Assembly (NCBI RefSeq): GCF_028368995.1
Contig: NZ_JAQNDL010000001.1
Span: 1,664,001-1,728,000 of the forward strand
DNA: 64,000 nt
From: Nannocystis bainbridge
Lineage (GTDB): Bacteria > Myxococcota_A > Polyangia > Nannocystales > Nannocystaceae
Direction of reading: 5' to 3'
Both the position numbers and the translations under genes were made by a program. This document shows positions 33,601 to 42,701 of the stretch, piece after piece (the stretch's first letter is position 1; the number at the start of each line of letters is the position of its first letter). The notes under the pieces are model-generated. The model saw nothing but the letters and a program-made list of their open reading frames with translations, searched no databases and was not told the origin of the DNA.

Positions 33601-33794
33601 AGCGCCCGCTGGCGACGGTGGTGGTCGGCGGGCTGCTCTCGACGCTGTTCTTGACGCTGCTGGTGCTGCCGTGTGCGGCCTCGCTGGTCCCGCGGACCAG
33701 GGCGGGGAAGCGGCAGGGTGGTGCATCGGACATGTCCCATGCGACATGTAAAGATGGACATTCCCCGTCGGACATGAGCGCTCCCGGCCCATGA
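30645..33794 (+). CDS. czcA: CzcA/CusA heavy-metal RND permease
   Basis: IEAYPDV, SLGALDFGIIVDG (CzcA-type TM4), EFLPQLDEG, GSDVQRPLATVVVGG. Confidence 0.93.
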   Translation: MLTRLPTLALRFRLAVLFAAVLWIAAGTYALLTLKIEAYPDVSDTQVVVVTTLPGYAAEEVEQLVTVPIERALGSVPHVIGRRSRTIFGLSVVELTFDDRIDDLVARQVVLEKLRDADLPPGVSSSLGPMSSAIGEMYRYHLVSDTLTPMRLRTLQDWVVAPRLLQAPGVADVVTFGGEVRQYQVELDPLALEKYHLSIEDIDGAIEDNNANAGGGVIDNGQQAIAVRSVGQLQSAEDIASTLVGVDDGVPIFVRDVATVRIGAAPPTGIFGIDATQGGVEGLVLMRRWENPSEVLAGIHARVDALNAGEELAGARIVGFYDRSEMVGRTLRTVSRTLAEGVSIVVLVLVFLLGSVRAALLTALTIPMSLLFAFVCMKLAGVAANLLSLGALDFGIIVDGTLVMVEALVHRLQRRPDPGAPATVAELDEAACATARPIVFSLAIIIAAYLPLFMLQRIERRLFTPMAFTVSTALLGSLLLCLTLTPVLASYLFRRRVRIRDSRVMKASARAYERWIGRLVRRARLVVIVAALATVAALVVLGRRVGTEFLPQLDEGSIWIRCNLPPGLSLFKSAEVASTIRALVLQSPEVRLVSSQTGRNDSGTDPYGPNRNELLVALQPYDTWPKGQIKADLVEALAARLRAAIPGATFSFTQPILDNATEAATGSSADLAIIIRGPDLGELRRLAVQSREVVAGIPGAADTAIEQEAGQEQLRLRLRRADMARHGVDVRDVQQLVSLAIGGRPIDTVYEGSRRFAVALRFIPEARASGDAIGRLLITPHRGGRVPLAEVADIEVVEGATIIARRENHRQVTVRTNIRGRDQGSFVAEAQARLRAALQLPPGYQLEWGGQFENLERARRRLVVILPLTLGIIVSLLFFAFRSLRWALLVLACVPFSLLGGVFALWLRGIHLSVSAAVGMVSLFGVAVMSGVLLVESIRTAEADTAAESAVRGATRALRPLLLMILVALLGMVPAARATGIGSDVQRPLATVVVGGLLSTLFLTLLVLPCAASLVPRTRAGKRQGGASDMSHATCKDGHSPSDMSAPGP

Positions 33795-33829
33795 CATGTC
33801 CTCCACGACATGCCCGGAAAGACACCTTT
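33728..33829. repeat. GACATGTC 14-bp-pitch array (4+3 units), overlapping the czcA 3' end
   Basis: Cores at 33731, 33745, 33759, 33773, then a 22-bp step, then 33795, 33809, 33823. Confidence 0.92.
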
Positions 33830-33834
33830 GTTCT

Positions 33835-36800
33835 TCACGGCTCCCGCGCCGCCAGCCACGCCTCTGCGCGCTGCAGCTCGCCCGCGCGCGACTTGTCGCG
33901 CCAGCCCGCGAGCGCCGCCGCGATCAGCGGGCGGGCCGCGGCCGGCACCTCGCGCGCCGCCCCTGTGAGGCCCTGCGCGCGCAGGAAGCGGGCCCGCAGC
34001 GCCGGCAAGTGGTCGGGCTCGGCGACCACCTCGTAGATCGCCAGCGCCTCACCGGCCAGCTCGGCCGTCTCCTCGAAGCGCTCGCGCGCCAGCGCCAGCC
34101 CGGCGAGCGCGACGATCGAGCCCGCGAGGATCAGGTTGTGCGGCGGCGCCAGGCGCTCGAGGTCGGCCCGCGCCTGTTGCAGGTCGGCTTCGGCCTCGTC
34201 GAGGCGCCCGAGCTTCACGCGGATCTCGCCGAGGATCACCGCGATCGCGGCGGCGTCGAGGCTGCTCTCGGCGGCAGCCAGGGCCGCGTGCATCTGCGCC
34301 AGCGGCCCTATCGCCTCGTCCGGGCGACCGATCGCGTCGAGGGCCCGGCCGCGGGCCGACAGCAGCCACTGGTATTTCGCCTGCGACGGCTCGGGCGTCG
34401 GCAAGCGAGCCAGCGCGCGCGCATACTCGGCCTCCATCCCCGCCGCGTCGCCCGCGAGCGCGAACAGCCGCACGCGCTCGCACAGCACCGCGTCGTACGT
34501 CATCGACGCCTCGGGCACCTCCGCCAGCGCCGCGTCGAGGTGCACGCGCGCCTCTGCCAGCAGCCCCTCGTCGAGCTCGACCAGCGCCATCCCGTGGCGG
34601 ATCATCCCGCGCACGTAGCCGTTGTCGAGGCTGTCGAAGCGCTGCTCGATCGACCGCATCGCCGCCAGCGCCTGCCGCGGCCGACCGAGGCGCCACAGCC
34701 CGTCGGCCAGCAGCCACGCGTGGCGCAGGTGCACCGCGTGGCGCGGCCCGAACAGCGCCTCCGAGGCCGCGGCGGCGCGGGCGTACAGCGCCACCATGTC
34801 CTCGTCGCGGTTCTGCTGGCGCGCCAGCAGCCCGAGGTTGGCGGTGGTCTCGAGGCCCTTCGGCGTGTCGCTGCGGCCGTGCCGCTCGCGCAGCGCCGCC
34901 GCCTGCTCCCAGTAGTCGCGGGTCGCCGGCAGGTCGCGGCTGGCGATCATCACCGCGCCCATGTTGTTGAGGAACTCGGCGTACAGATCGACGTCGCCCG
35001 CGACCCTGCGGTTGATCGCCGTCACCAGCGGGATCTCGGCGCGCGCCTCCTGCGGGCGGCTCAGCGGGATCGCCCGCAGATAGGCCCGCTTCGAGCTGGC
35101 CTGCGCCGCCACCGCGTCGTGCCCGGCTCCGATCGCGGCCAGCAGCGCCTCCGTGAACGCGCTCTCGGCCTCGGCGTGACGGCCCGCCTCCATCGCCAGG
35201 CTGCCGCGCTGCAGCAGCGCCTCGGCGCGCAGCGGCTCGTAGGTCAGCGCCGAGCTGTCCTTGAGGACATCTCCTACCAGCGCCTCGCCGAGCGCGTACT
35301 GGGCCGCGTCCTCGCGGACCTGCGCGCGCGCCAGGGCCTCGCGGTGGGCCTGCACGGCCACGCGCAGGTGCGGCTCGTCGGGCGGCGGGACCGCGGCGGT
35401 GAGCGCCTCGACATCGGCGCAGCGGGCCAGCGGCGGCAGCTCGGCGGTCGCCTGGACCACCGCCCCGACCCCGGCCGCGTCGACCTGCGTGAGCGCGAGC
35501 ACCAGCGCGTCGAGGCCGGCGCGCCGCTGGTCGAGGCACGCGGTGCGGAGGTCGAACAGCGGCGACGACTGCCGCGCCTCCACGTGGGCCACGCACGCCT
35601 CGTTGCGCATCTCGACCCATGAAGCCGCGTATCGATCGATCCGCCCCGGCACGCTCGCCAGCGCCTCCGTGGCCGCGGCCGTGCCCGCCTTCGTCAGCGC
35701 CGCGCGGACCGCCGCCGCGCGGGCCGGGTCCCATACGCCTGCCAGCTCGGCCTGCGCGTCGGGGCAGCGGGCTGCCTCCGGCCCGCGCTCCGCGGCGAAG
35801 AACGCCGCCGTCGCGGTCGCCACCGCCGTCAAGCCGAGCACCGCGAGGCGCCGGCGCGTCGCCCCCGGATCGTGCTCGAGCTCGGCCAGCAGCGCCGTCA
35901 TCGACGGGAAGCGCTCGTCTGGCGCGCTCGCCAGCCCGCGGCGCAGCGCCCGGAAGATCCGCGCCGGCACCGGCGTGCCCGCGGGCGGCGGCGCCACCTT
36001 GCCGCGCCGCAGCTCGGCCAGCAGCGTCGCCAGCGACGTCGTATCGAACGCCGGCTGCTTGTAGAGGCATTGATACAGCGACACGCAGAAGCTGAACTGA
36101 TCGCTGGCCGCCGTCGAGGGCTCGCCGCGGTGGGCCTCGGGCGACATATACGCCGGCGTGCCGAGGACCACCCCGGTGCGCGTCAGCGGGGCCAGGTGCG
36201 ACGCGGCCTGCTGGATGTGACGCGGCAGATCGGGCTCGGCCGGCGCCCCGTCGTCGGCCGCGCGGGCCAGCCCGAAGTCGAGCACCTTGACCGTACCGTC
36301 GTCGCCGACCATCACGTTGGCCGGCTTGAAGTCGCGGTGGATGAGGCCCGCGCGGTGGGCCGCCTCGAGCCCGCGGCCGGCGCGGACGAACACCGCCACG
36401 ATCTCGCGCCACGGCCGGTCCTGCTGGGCCCACGCGTCGAGCGACGCGCCGCGGACGAACTCCATCGCCACGAACACCTGATCGTCGTCGCGCCCGACCT
36501 CGTGGACCGTGACGATGTTGGGGTGCTGCAGCCGGGCCATCGCCTGCGCCTCGCGCATCAGTCGCCCGCGCGACAGCGAAAGGTCGCGCACCGACTCGGA
36601 GAGCAGCAGCTTGACCGCGACCTTGCGGTCGAGCAGGTCGTCGTAGGCCGCGTAGACCACCCCCATCCCGCCGCGCCCGATCACCCCCAGGATCTGGAAC
36701 CGCCCGATCTGCACCGGCGTCGTCCGGCGCGGGAACAGGGCCCGCTTGACCAGACGCTTGTCGAGCCCGACCTCGTCTGCCTCCGGCGTCGGCAGCCGCG

Positions 36801-36921
36801 GGATCGTGTCGCTATCGCCGCGGACGGACGGTTCGGACGGCTCTCCGCCCTCGTCCGTGCCTCCGTTGGTCTCGTCGGGCGTCATGGCCGGTGCGGACAG
36901 TGTGTCTGAATTCATGGCCAT
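33835..36921 (-). CDS. Ser/Thr kinase with TM and TPR-like repeats
   Basis: GRGGMG, VAVK, HRDFKPAN, DFG, GTPAYMSPE; degenerate TPRs. Confidence 0.94.
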   Translation of the reverse strand: MAMNSDTLSAPAMTPDETNGGTDEGGEPSEPSVRGDSDTIPRLPTPEADEVGLDKRLVKRALFPRRTTPVQIGRFQILGVIGRGGMGVVYAAYDDLLDRKVAVKLLLSESVRDLSLSRGRLMREAQAMARLQHPNIVTVHEVGRDDDQVFVAMEFVRGASLDAWAQQDRPWREIVAVFVRAGRGLEAAHRAGLIHRDFKPANVMVGDDGTVKVLDFGLARAADDGAPAEPDLPRHIQQAASHLAPLTRTGVVLGTPAYMSPEAHRGEPSTAASDQFSFCVSLYQCLYKQPAFDTTSLATLLAELRRGKVAPPPAGTPVPARIFRALRRGLASAPDERFPSMTALLAELEHDPGATRRRLAVLGLTAVATATAAFFAAERGPEAARCPDAQAELAGVWDPARAAAVRAALTKAGTAAATEALASVPGRIDRYAASWVEMRNEACVAHVEARQSSPLFDLRTACLDQRRAGLDALVLALTQVDAAGVGAVVQATAELPPLARCADVEALTAAVPPPDEPHLRVAVQAHREALARAQVREDAAQYALGEALVGDVLKDSSALTYEPLRAEALLQRGSLAMEAGRHAEAESAFTEALLAAIGAGHDAVAAQASSKRAYLRAIPLSRPQEARAEIPLVTAINRRVAGDVDLYAEFLNNMGAVMIASRDLPATRDYWEQAAALRERHGRSDTPKGLETTANLGLLARQQNRDEDMVALYARAAAASEALFGPRHAVHLRHAWLLADGLWRLGRPRQALAAMRSIEQRFDSLDNGYVRGMIRHGMALVELDEGLLAEARVHLDAALAEVPEASMTYDAVLCERVRLFALAGDAAGMEAEYARALARLPTPEPSQAKYQWLLSARGRALDAIGRPDEAIGPLAQMHAALAAAESSLDAAAIAVILGEIRVKLGRLDEAEADLQQARADLERLAPPHNLILAGSIVALAGLALARERFEETAELAGEALAIYEVVAEPDHLPALRARFLRAQGLTGAAREVPAAARPLIAAALAGWRDKSRAGELQRAEAWLAAREP

Positions 36922-37141
36922 CGGGCGGACGCCCCGTCATCCCGCTTCGAGCATTCAGGTCACGCGCGCCGTCGGACCTCGCGGTCGCCGCCGGAGACGC
37001 CGCTCACGACGGAGACTTCCCGCTGCGGAGCGCTCGAACGGGCCCTGGAGGCCTATTTGCGCCGCCGCGACGGAAAGTTCCGGAGGCGGGCAATTGAAGC
37101 CGACACGGCGGTCACCTGCCGGATGTAGTTCGGGCACTACC

Positions 37142-38239
37142 ATGCACAAGACGACCCACAACCTCTTCCTCCTGGCTTCCACCCTTACCCTCGCCGTCGG
37201 TTGCGACGCGCCGCTCGCCGACGATTTCGCCGTCGGCTCCGAGTTCCGCTGCGTCGGCTCCGATTGCACCCCGCCGCCGGTCGGCAACACCTCCATGGTC
37301 GGCGACCACATGCTGTCGAACATCAAGGAGATCATCAACGGCGACGCCGCCAACTTCACCGCCGACATCCGGGTCACCGGCGGCTTCGGCCTCCACGACG
37401 AAATCCCGCGGGCGTTCACGGACTTCCTCGTCAAAGAGGACGGCCAGCTCCAGCTCGATCTCGGCTACTTCGGCATGCTCACCGGTGAAGCCGTCGAGGG
37501 CGCCGTGTTCGACCTCCTCGTCACCCCGTATGACCCGCTGGAGGCGCCGTTCACCGGCCAGCTGAGGATCGAAGACGTCGAGTGCGAGCCGGGCCTCTAC
37601 ATCTCGAGCGTGAGCATCTGCCGCTACGTGTTCGTCACCGACGTCGAGCCCAAGGACGACGAGCTCTACCCCGAGACCTCGAAGGGCTCCGGCTGGTACC
37701 ACGTCTGCCCCGACGACGACGACGGCGGCCTGCTCGCCGCCAACTACCGCTTCAGCTCCGTGCTGAGCCCCGAGGTCACCCTGGGCTACAGCCCCGCCGC
37801 CGGCCCGACGATCGACTTGGACAGCGGCTACTTCATCAACGGCTGCCTCAACGGCGCGGTGTCGAAGGGCCAGTACCGCCTCAACGCCTTCTACGACGCC
37901 AGCACCTACCGCGGCCTGAAGGCCAGCCAGCGCACCGCCATGCTGCGCATGTGGATGGCCTGGCACGACGACGCGCCGCGCACCGAGCCCGGCAACCTGA
38001 TCTCGCCGCACGACCCGCTCGGCGGCCTGTTCACCTGGACCTCCGCCTCGGGCTGGAACATCGAAGGCGGCTACGACGAGGACGGCGCCAGCTGCCGCGG
38101 CGGCTCGACCACCCACGGCAAGCACCGCGAGGTCGTCAACCCCGTGCTCAACCTGACCGGCTGGTCCTCGCTGCCCCATTGCAACACCGCCACCACGCTC
38201 GCCGCCAAGGCGGTGCTCGGCGTCAAGGTCAACAACTGA
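37142..38239 (+). CDS. Lipoprotein with divergent ADYC-like C-terminal domain
   Basis: LAVGC lipobox; GCLNGAVSK...MLRMWMA...TEPGNLISPHD...IEGGYDEDGASC pattern. Confidence 0.7.
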   Translation: MHKTTHNLFLLASTLTLAVGCDAPLADDFAVGSEFRCVGSDCTPPPVGNTSMVGDHMLSNIKEIINGDAANFTADIRVTGGFGLHDEIPRAFTDFLVKEDGQLQLDLGYFGMLTGEAVEGAVFDLLVTPYDPLEAPFTGQLRIEDVECEPGLYISSVSICRYVFVTDVEPKDDELYPETSKGSGWYHVCPDDDDGGLLAANYRFSSVLSPEVTLGYSPAAGPTIDLDSGYFINGCLNGAVSKGQYRLNAFYDASTYRGLKASQRTAMLRMWMAWHDDAPRTEPGNLISPHDPLGGLFTWTSASGWNIEGGYDEDGASCRGGSTTHGKHREVVNPVLNLTGWSSLPHCNTATTLAAKAVLGVKVNN

Positions 38240-38302
38240 GACGCGCGGCGACGGACCGCGCGCGGGCGGCCGCGCGCGGGCGGCCGTGTTAGCATCGAAC
38301 GC

Positions 38303-39547
38303 ATGTCGGCCCGCGAGCTCGCCCTCGCCTGCGCGCTCGCGGGCGCCTGCGCCCCGCATCAACCTGTCCCCGAGGACATCCAGGAGCCGCCGCCGCGCGA
38401 GGTCCCACCTGTCCCCAGGGACAGCGACCACTCGCAGCGCCCGCTCCGGCTGGCCGCCGTGTTCGCCGGTCCGCTGGGCGTGAGCCCGCTGGCCGGCGGC
38501 GCCGTCGCGGTCCACGGCCCCGGCGTGCTCGCGCTCGCCGAGGACCACGCCCCGCTCGCCAGCGAGACCCGCCTGCTGCGCGGCTGGCCGCGCGGGCCCG
38601 TGACGTACATCGGCGGCCGCTGGCCCGATCGCGCGTTCGTCGTCGCCCCGAGCGCCACCCGCCGCGACCTCGGGGCCGCGGTCCAGCGCTGGCACGATGG
38701 CGCGTGGGTCGGCGCACCACCGACCTTCGAGCCGCCGCAATTTTACAGCGCCTTCGCGATCGGTCACGACGGCGCGCTCCTCGGTCTGCGCGGGTCCCTC
38801 GAATCGTTGTTCGGCGACGCCCTCGGACCCCCCGCCCCGCTCGTGATCGATCGCCTCGACGACGGCCCCCCGCCGCCGTGGCCACCCTTGCCGCCGGGCC
38901 GCGGCGGCGAGCAACTCCTGACCTTCGCCGACGGCTCGGTCGTCGTCGTCGGCTTCGATCCCTCGTTCACCCTCGCGCTGCTCCGCTGGTCGCCGGGCGC
39001 CCCCGAATGGACCCGCCTGCCGCTCCCCGGACACGGCGCCCTCGACCTCACGCGCAGCCCGACGATCGTGGTCGGCCGCGACCCGTCCCTGCTCTACGCC
39101 CACCGCTGCCTGCCGGACGGCCGGCCTGCGCTCGAGCGCCTGTCGGGAGCGACCTGGCAGCCGTTCCCGCGCCCGGACGGCGGCTGCATCACCTCGCTGG
39201 CCGAGGCGCCCGACGGCACGCTGTGGCTCGTCGACGATCGCGGCCTGCACCGCCACCGCCCCGGCGCGCTGCAGTGGGAGGCGATCGCGCTCGCGCCGGT
39301 CGACGCGCCCGGCAAGCCGACCGCCGCGCTGCCTGGAGGCCCCGAGCTGCCGCCGCCAGGCCCCGAGCCGCTGACCCCCCGACACGTGCTGGCGCTCGAT
39401 CGCGGCGAGGTGTGGGTGGTCGCGGCGATCGGCGATCCCGACCTGCGACCCGCCCGCCACGCCGTGCTGACGACCCGCTCGGTGCTCCTGCCTTTGAACC
39501 TGAAGCCCCCGTCCGAAGGGACAGGCCAACCATCGAGCCCGCCGTGA
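38303..39547 (+). CDS. Hypothetical Pro/Trp-rich lipoprotein, probable beta-propeller
   Basis: LAGAC lipobox; W-containing beta repeats (APDGTLWLV, GEVWVV). Confidence 0.7.
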   Translation: MSARELALACALAGACAPHQPVPEDIQEPPPREVPPVPRDSDHSQRPLRLAAVFAGPLGVSPLAGGAVAVHGPGVLALAEDHAPLASETRLLRGWPRGPVTYIGGRWPDRAFVVAPSATRRDLGAAVQRWHDGAWVGAPPTFEPPQFYSAFAIGHDGALLGLRGSLESLFGDALGPPAPLVIDRLDDGPPPPWPPLPPGRGGEQLLTFADGSVVVVGFDPSFTLALLRWSPGAPEWTRLPLPGHGALDLTRSPTIVVGRDPSLLYAHRCLPDGRPALERLSGATWQPFPRPDGGCITSLAEAPDGTLWLVDDRGLHRHRPGALQWEAIALAPVDAPGKPTAALPGGPELPPPGPEPLTPRHVLALDRGEVWVVAAIGDPDLRPARHAVLTTRSVLLPLNLKPPSEGTGQPSSPP

Positions 39548-39561
39548 CCGGCCCGGCGTAA

Positions 39562-39598
39562 AGACATGTCCCATGGACATGTCTTATGAATCACGGCG
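39562..39598. repeat. GACATGTC array (2-3 units; 13- then 14-bp step)
   Basis: AGACATGTCC core at 39565, GGACATGTCT core at 39578, degenerate core at 39592. Confidence 0.8.
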
Positions 39599-39847
39599 GG
39601 CATATTTGTTCGTCAAAAATCGACACACCGTGATCCGAGCGTCGCGCGAATATCGAACAACCCGCGCCGGCATCGCTGCTTTCGGCGTCGCGCCCACCGA
39701 TTGTATCGCGTCCGTCACGCCCCCGCCGCTCGCGCCGCTCGGGCCCCCCGCAGCGCCCCGACCACGGCCGGGGAGGCCGCGCGCGAGGAGTTGTGCTGCC
39801 TCGCACGCGGAAGAGCGCGCCTGCTTGCCGGGTCGACGGCCTCTCCC

Positions 39848-40447
39848 ATGAAGCTGAATATGCTCCATCCGCACATTCTCGCCGCCGCGCTCGCCTTCCC
39901 CTACCCGGCGACGGCGCCCGACGCGGAGCCACCCTTCGCGGCCATTGCACCGACCACGATCCACATCGTCACCAATCCGGGCGAGGGCATCGACCTCGAG
40001 CTCTCCTATGATTGGCCGGACCTCGGCCGCGTCGGCCTCGAAGTCTTCGCCGGGGTCGACGGCACCGGCGCCCTGCTCGTCCTTCTTGACGAGGCGATGA
40101 TCGCCGCGATCGATCTCCACCGCGGCGAGCTCGCCGGCATCCATCCCGGCCTCGCCCTCGACCACGCCGACGTTCTCGCCCTCGCGGACAGCATCGTCCA
40201 GGTCGCGCACAGCCAGCCCGTCCAGGAGCTGCTCCTCGGCGACGAGCGCGGGTGGGGCTGCTGGCTCGCGGGCAAGATGGCAGGCGCCGCCGCTGGCGTC
40301 CTCGCCGCGGGCACCTGCGCCGCGGTCGCCGGCCCGCTCGCACCCGGCTGCGTCGCCCCCGGCAGCCTGAGCTTCAAGGGCGTCGATCAATACATCGTCG
40401 GCAAGTGCAACAAGGCGCAGAACGTCAGCCGGGAGCACCATGTCTGA
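39848..40447 (+). CDS. Secreted protein with C-terminal Gly/Ala-rich four-Cys peptide (bacteriocin-like candidate)
   Basis: Signal-like N-terminus; C-terminus GWGCWLAGKMAGAAAGVLAAGTCAAVAGPLAPGCVAPG...IVGKC. Confidence 0.65.
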   Translation: MKLNMLHPHILAAALAFPYPATAPDAEPPFAAIAPTTIHIVTNPGEGIDLELSYDWPDLGRVGLEVFAGVDGTGALLVLLDEAMIAAIDLHRGELAGIHPGLALDHADVLALADSIVQVAHSQPVQELLLGDERGWGCWLAGKMAGAAAGVLAAGTCAAVAGPLAPGCVAPGSLSFKGVDQYIVGKCNKAQNVSREHHV

Positions 40448-41033
40448 CCTCGCCATTGTCGATACCAAACCGCTGCCGCCGCAGCGGTGGGGATTGTTGC
40501 CGACCCGACAATTCTGGGCCCGCGCTTGGCTCACCCCGATCGCCCTGGTCTACTGGCTCGGCTACATCGGCTTCTTCAGCCTCGCCGAGTCCCTGCAATC
40601 CAACTGGTGGCAGACCGCCCTCGGCGTCTGCATCTTCCACGCGCTGTGGGGCGGCCTCGTCGAGCGCCTCTATCGGCGACGCCTCGCGCGACGCGCTGCG
40701 AATCTGCTCGAAGCCACCGCCCCGGCCCCGGCCTTCCCCATGACCGGACTTCCCTCGCGGCGCGACGCCCCGGAGTTCTCGGTCGACGACTGGGAAGCCT
40801 TCGTCGCCCGCATCTTCGGCCGCGGAGCCGACGCCGTCCAAACCCTGGCCGCCGTGGGGCTGTGCCTCCTGTTCTTCTATCCCGGCTGGCCGGGCAAGCT
40901 CGTGGCCGTCGCCGCGATGCTCGCCTCGACGTGGATCGCCAGGACCTGCCTGCGGCGCTGGCGTCGCGAGGCCCTGCACGGCCCACGCCCCGCCATCGAC
41001 CCGCCCCGCGTCGAATGCCGGGCACGCCACTGA
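40440..41033 (+). CDS. Four-TM hypothetical membrane protein
   Basis: Two pairs of hydrophobic helices; overlaps the upstream gene by 8 nt; GGAG RBS. Confidence 0.7.
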   Translation: MSDLAIVDTKPLPPQRWGLLPTRQFWARAWLTPIALVYWLGYIGFFSLAESLQSNWWQTALGVCIFHALWGGLVERLYRRRLARRAANLLEATAPAPAFPMTGLPSRRDAPEFSVDDWEAFVARIFGRGADAVQTLAAVGLCLLFFYPGWPGKLVAVAAMLASTWIARTCLRRWRREALHGPRPAIDPPRVECRARH

Positions 41034-41253
41034 CGACATTTTTTATTAAACGAATACCCGACGACTCGCATACGGCCCAGGGAATCATAGCAGCGACCTC
41101 CTCGTCGCTCGGCCCCACGGTCGTCGCGGAGCGCATGCGACCGGGTTATGGCCGCTCGATCGCTCCGGCTAAAAACCCGATCAATTCGCGGCCGAGCACG
41201 CTCGCCGGGTTACGAGCGCCCGCCATGCTTCGCGGCCCGAGTCGGAGGCTGTC

Positions 41254-42606
41254 ATGGTATTCATTCAAGCTCGCAAGCCCACGAATCCGCCGAACGGGCT
41301 CTTCCTTTCGTGCGCCGTGTTGGCCGCTCCTGGTCTCACCCTCGCCGCTCCCGTGCAGGCCGCGGATGGCGAGCCCGGCGCGGTTTCCTGGCTGAGCGCC
41401 GCGGACGACCCCGCCGCCGCAGACCCTTTAAAAAGAATCGTCGACTTCGACGGGGATGGTCGCTCCGACCTCGCGCTGACGGGGCCCAGCGGCTGGCAGA
41501 CCGTGCCGGTCGCCGCGTCCATCGGCGACGGCAACTTCACCGTCACCAACAAGGGCGTGGGCGACTTCGCCGTCTGGGCCGCCACCGGCGCCAGGGTCGT
41601 CCACGGTGATTTCGACCGTGATGGTCGCACCGACATCGTGCTGACCGGCACGAGCGGTTGGAGCACCCTGCCGGTCGCCTTCTCCAGGGGCGGCGGCGCC
41701 TTCGACGTCACCAACCGGACCATCGAGGACTTCGCCGTCTGGGCTGCCACCGGCGCCGAGGTCATCCCGGGCGACTTCAACCGCGACGGTCGCACCGATC
41801 TCGCCCTGACCGGCACGAGCGGCTGGAGCACCCTGCCGGTCGCCTTCTCCAGGGGCGATGGCAGCTTCGACGTCACCAACCGGGCCGTCGGTGACTTCGC
41901 CAGCTGGGCCGCCACCGGCGCCAAGGTCGTCCCGGGTGACTTCAACCGCGACGGCCGCATCGATCTCGCCCTGACCGGCACCCATGATTGGACCACCGTG
42001 CCGATCGCCTTCTCGCGGGGTAATGGCAGGTTCGACATCACCAACCAACTCGTCGGCGACTTTGCAGCCTGGGCCGCCACCGACGCCAGCGTCGTGCCCG
42101 GCGACTTCAACCGCGACGGCCGCACCGACATCGCCCTCGTCGGCGGCACTGGCTGGAGCACCGTGCCCGTCGCCTTCTCCCGCGGCAACGGCACCTTCGA
42201 CATCACCAACAAGCCCATCGGTGATTTCGCCACCTGGGCCGCCACCGGCGCCGAGGTCGTCCCCGGCGACTTCAACGGGGACGGCCGTACCGACATTGCC
42301 CTCACCGGCACGAGCGGCTGGAATACCGTTCCCGTCGCCTACTCGCGCGGCGATGGAACCTTCGAGGTCGCCAATACCGGCGTCGGCGACTTCGCCGCCT
42401 GGGCCGCCACCGGCGCCAGAGTCGTGCCCGGCGACTTCAACGGGGACGGCCGCACCGACATCGCGCTGACCGGCACGAAAGATTGGACCACCCTCCCGAT
42501 CGCCTTCTCGACCGGTGCCGGCTTCAACGTCACCAATCGCCCGATCACCGACTTCGCTACCTGGTCGACCACGCCGGGCGTCGAGGTCATCGGCGCCCTG
42601 CAGTAA
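41254..42606 (+). CDS. Secreted FG-GAP/VCBS protein made of seven 55-aa tandem repeats
   Basis: Unit DFNRDGRTDIALTGTSGWSTLPVAFSRGDGSFDVTNRAVGDFASWAATGAKVVPG; 165-bp DNA period. Confidence 0.9.
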   Translation: MVFIQARKPTNPPNGLFLSCAVLAAPGLTLAAPVQAADGEPGAVSWLSAADDPAAADPLKRIVDFDGDGRSDLALTGPSGWQTVPVAASIGDGNFTVTNKGVGDFAVWAATGARVVHGDFDRDGRTDIVLTGTSGWSTLPVAFSRGGGAFDVTNRTIEDFAVWAATGAEVIPGDFNRDGRTDLALTGTSGWSTLPVAFSRGDGSFDVTNRAVGDFASWAATGAKVVPGDFNRDGRIDLALTGTHDWTTVPIAFSRGNGRFDITNQLVGDFAAWAATDASVVPGDFNRDGRTDIALVGGTGWSTVPVAFSRGNGTFDITNKPIGDFATWAATGAEVVPGDFNGDGRTDIALTGTSGWNTVPVAYSRGDGTFEVANTGVGDFAAWAATGARVVPGDFNGDGRTDIALTGTKDWTTLPIAFSTGAGFNVTNRPITDFATWSTTPGVEVIGALQ

Positions 42607-42701
42607 TCAGGCGCTCGCACTCCCTCGCCGCCGCCCGTCGTTCGCCAGATCCTACGACGAATGCGTCAGCTCCTCTCGCGCGCCCTCGCTCGGGTCGCTT
42701 G

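Noticed and set aside
41020-41043. Possible further array (cores CACG 41023 and CATT 41037)
   Set aside because: In phase but too degenerate to list as a feature; mentioned only as a weak member
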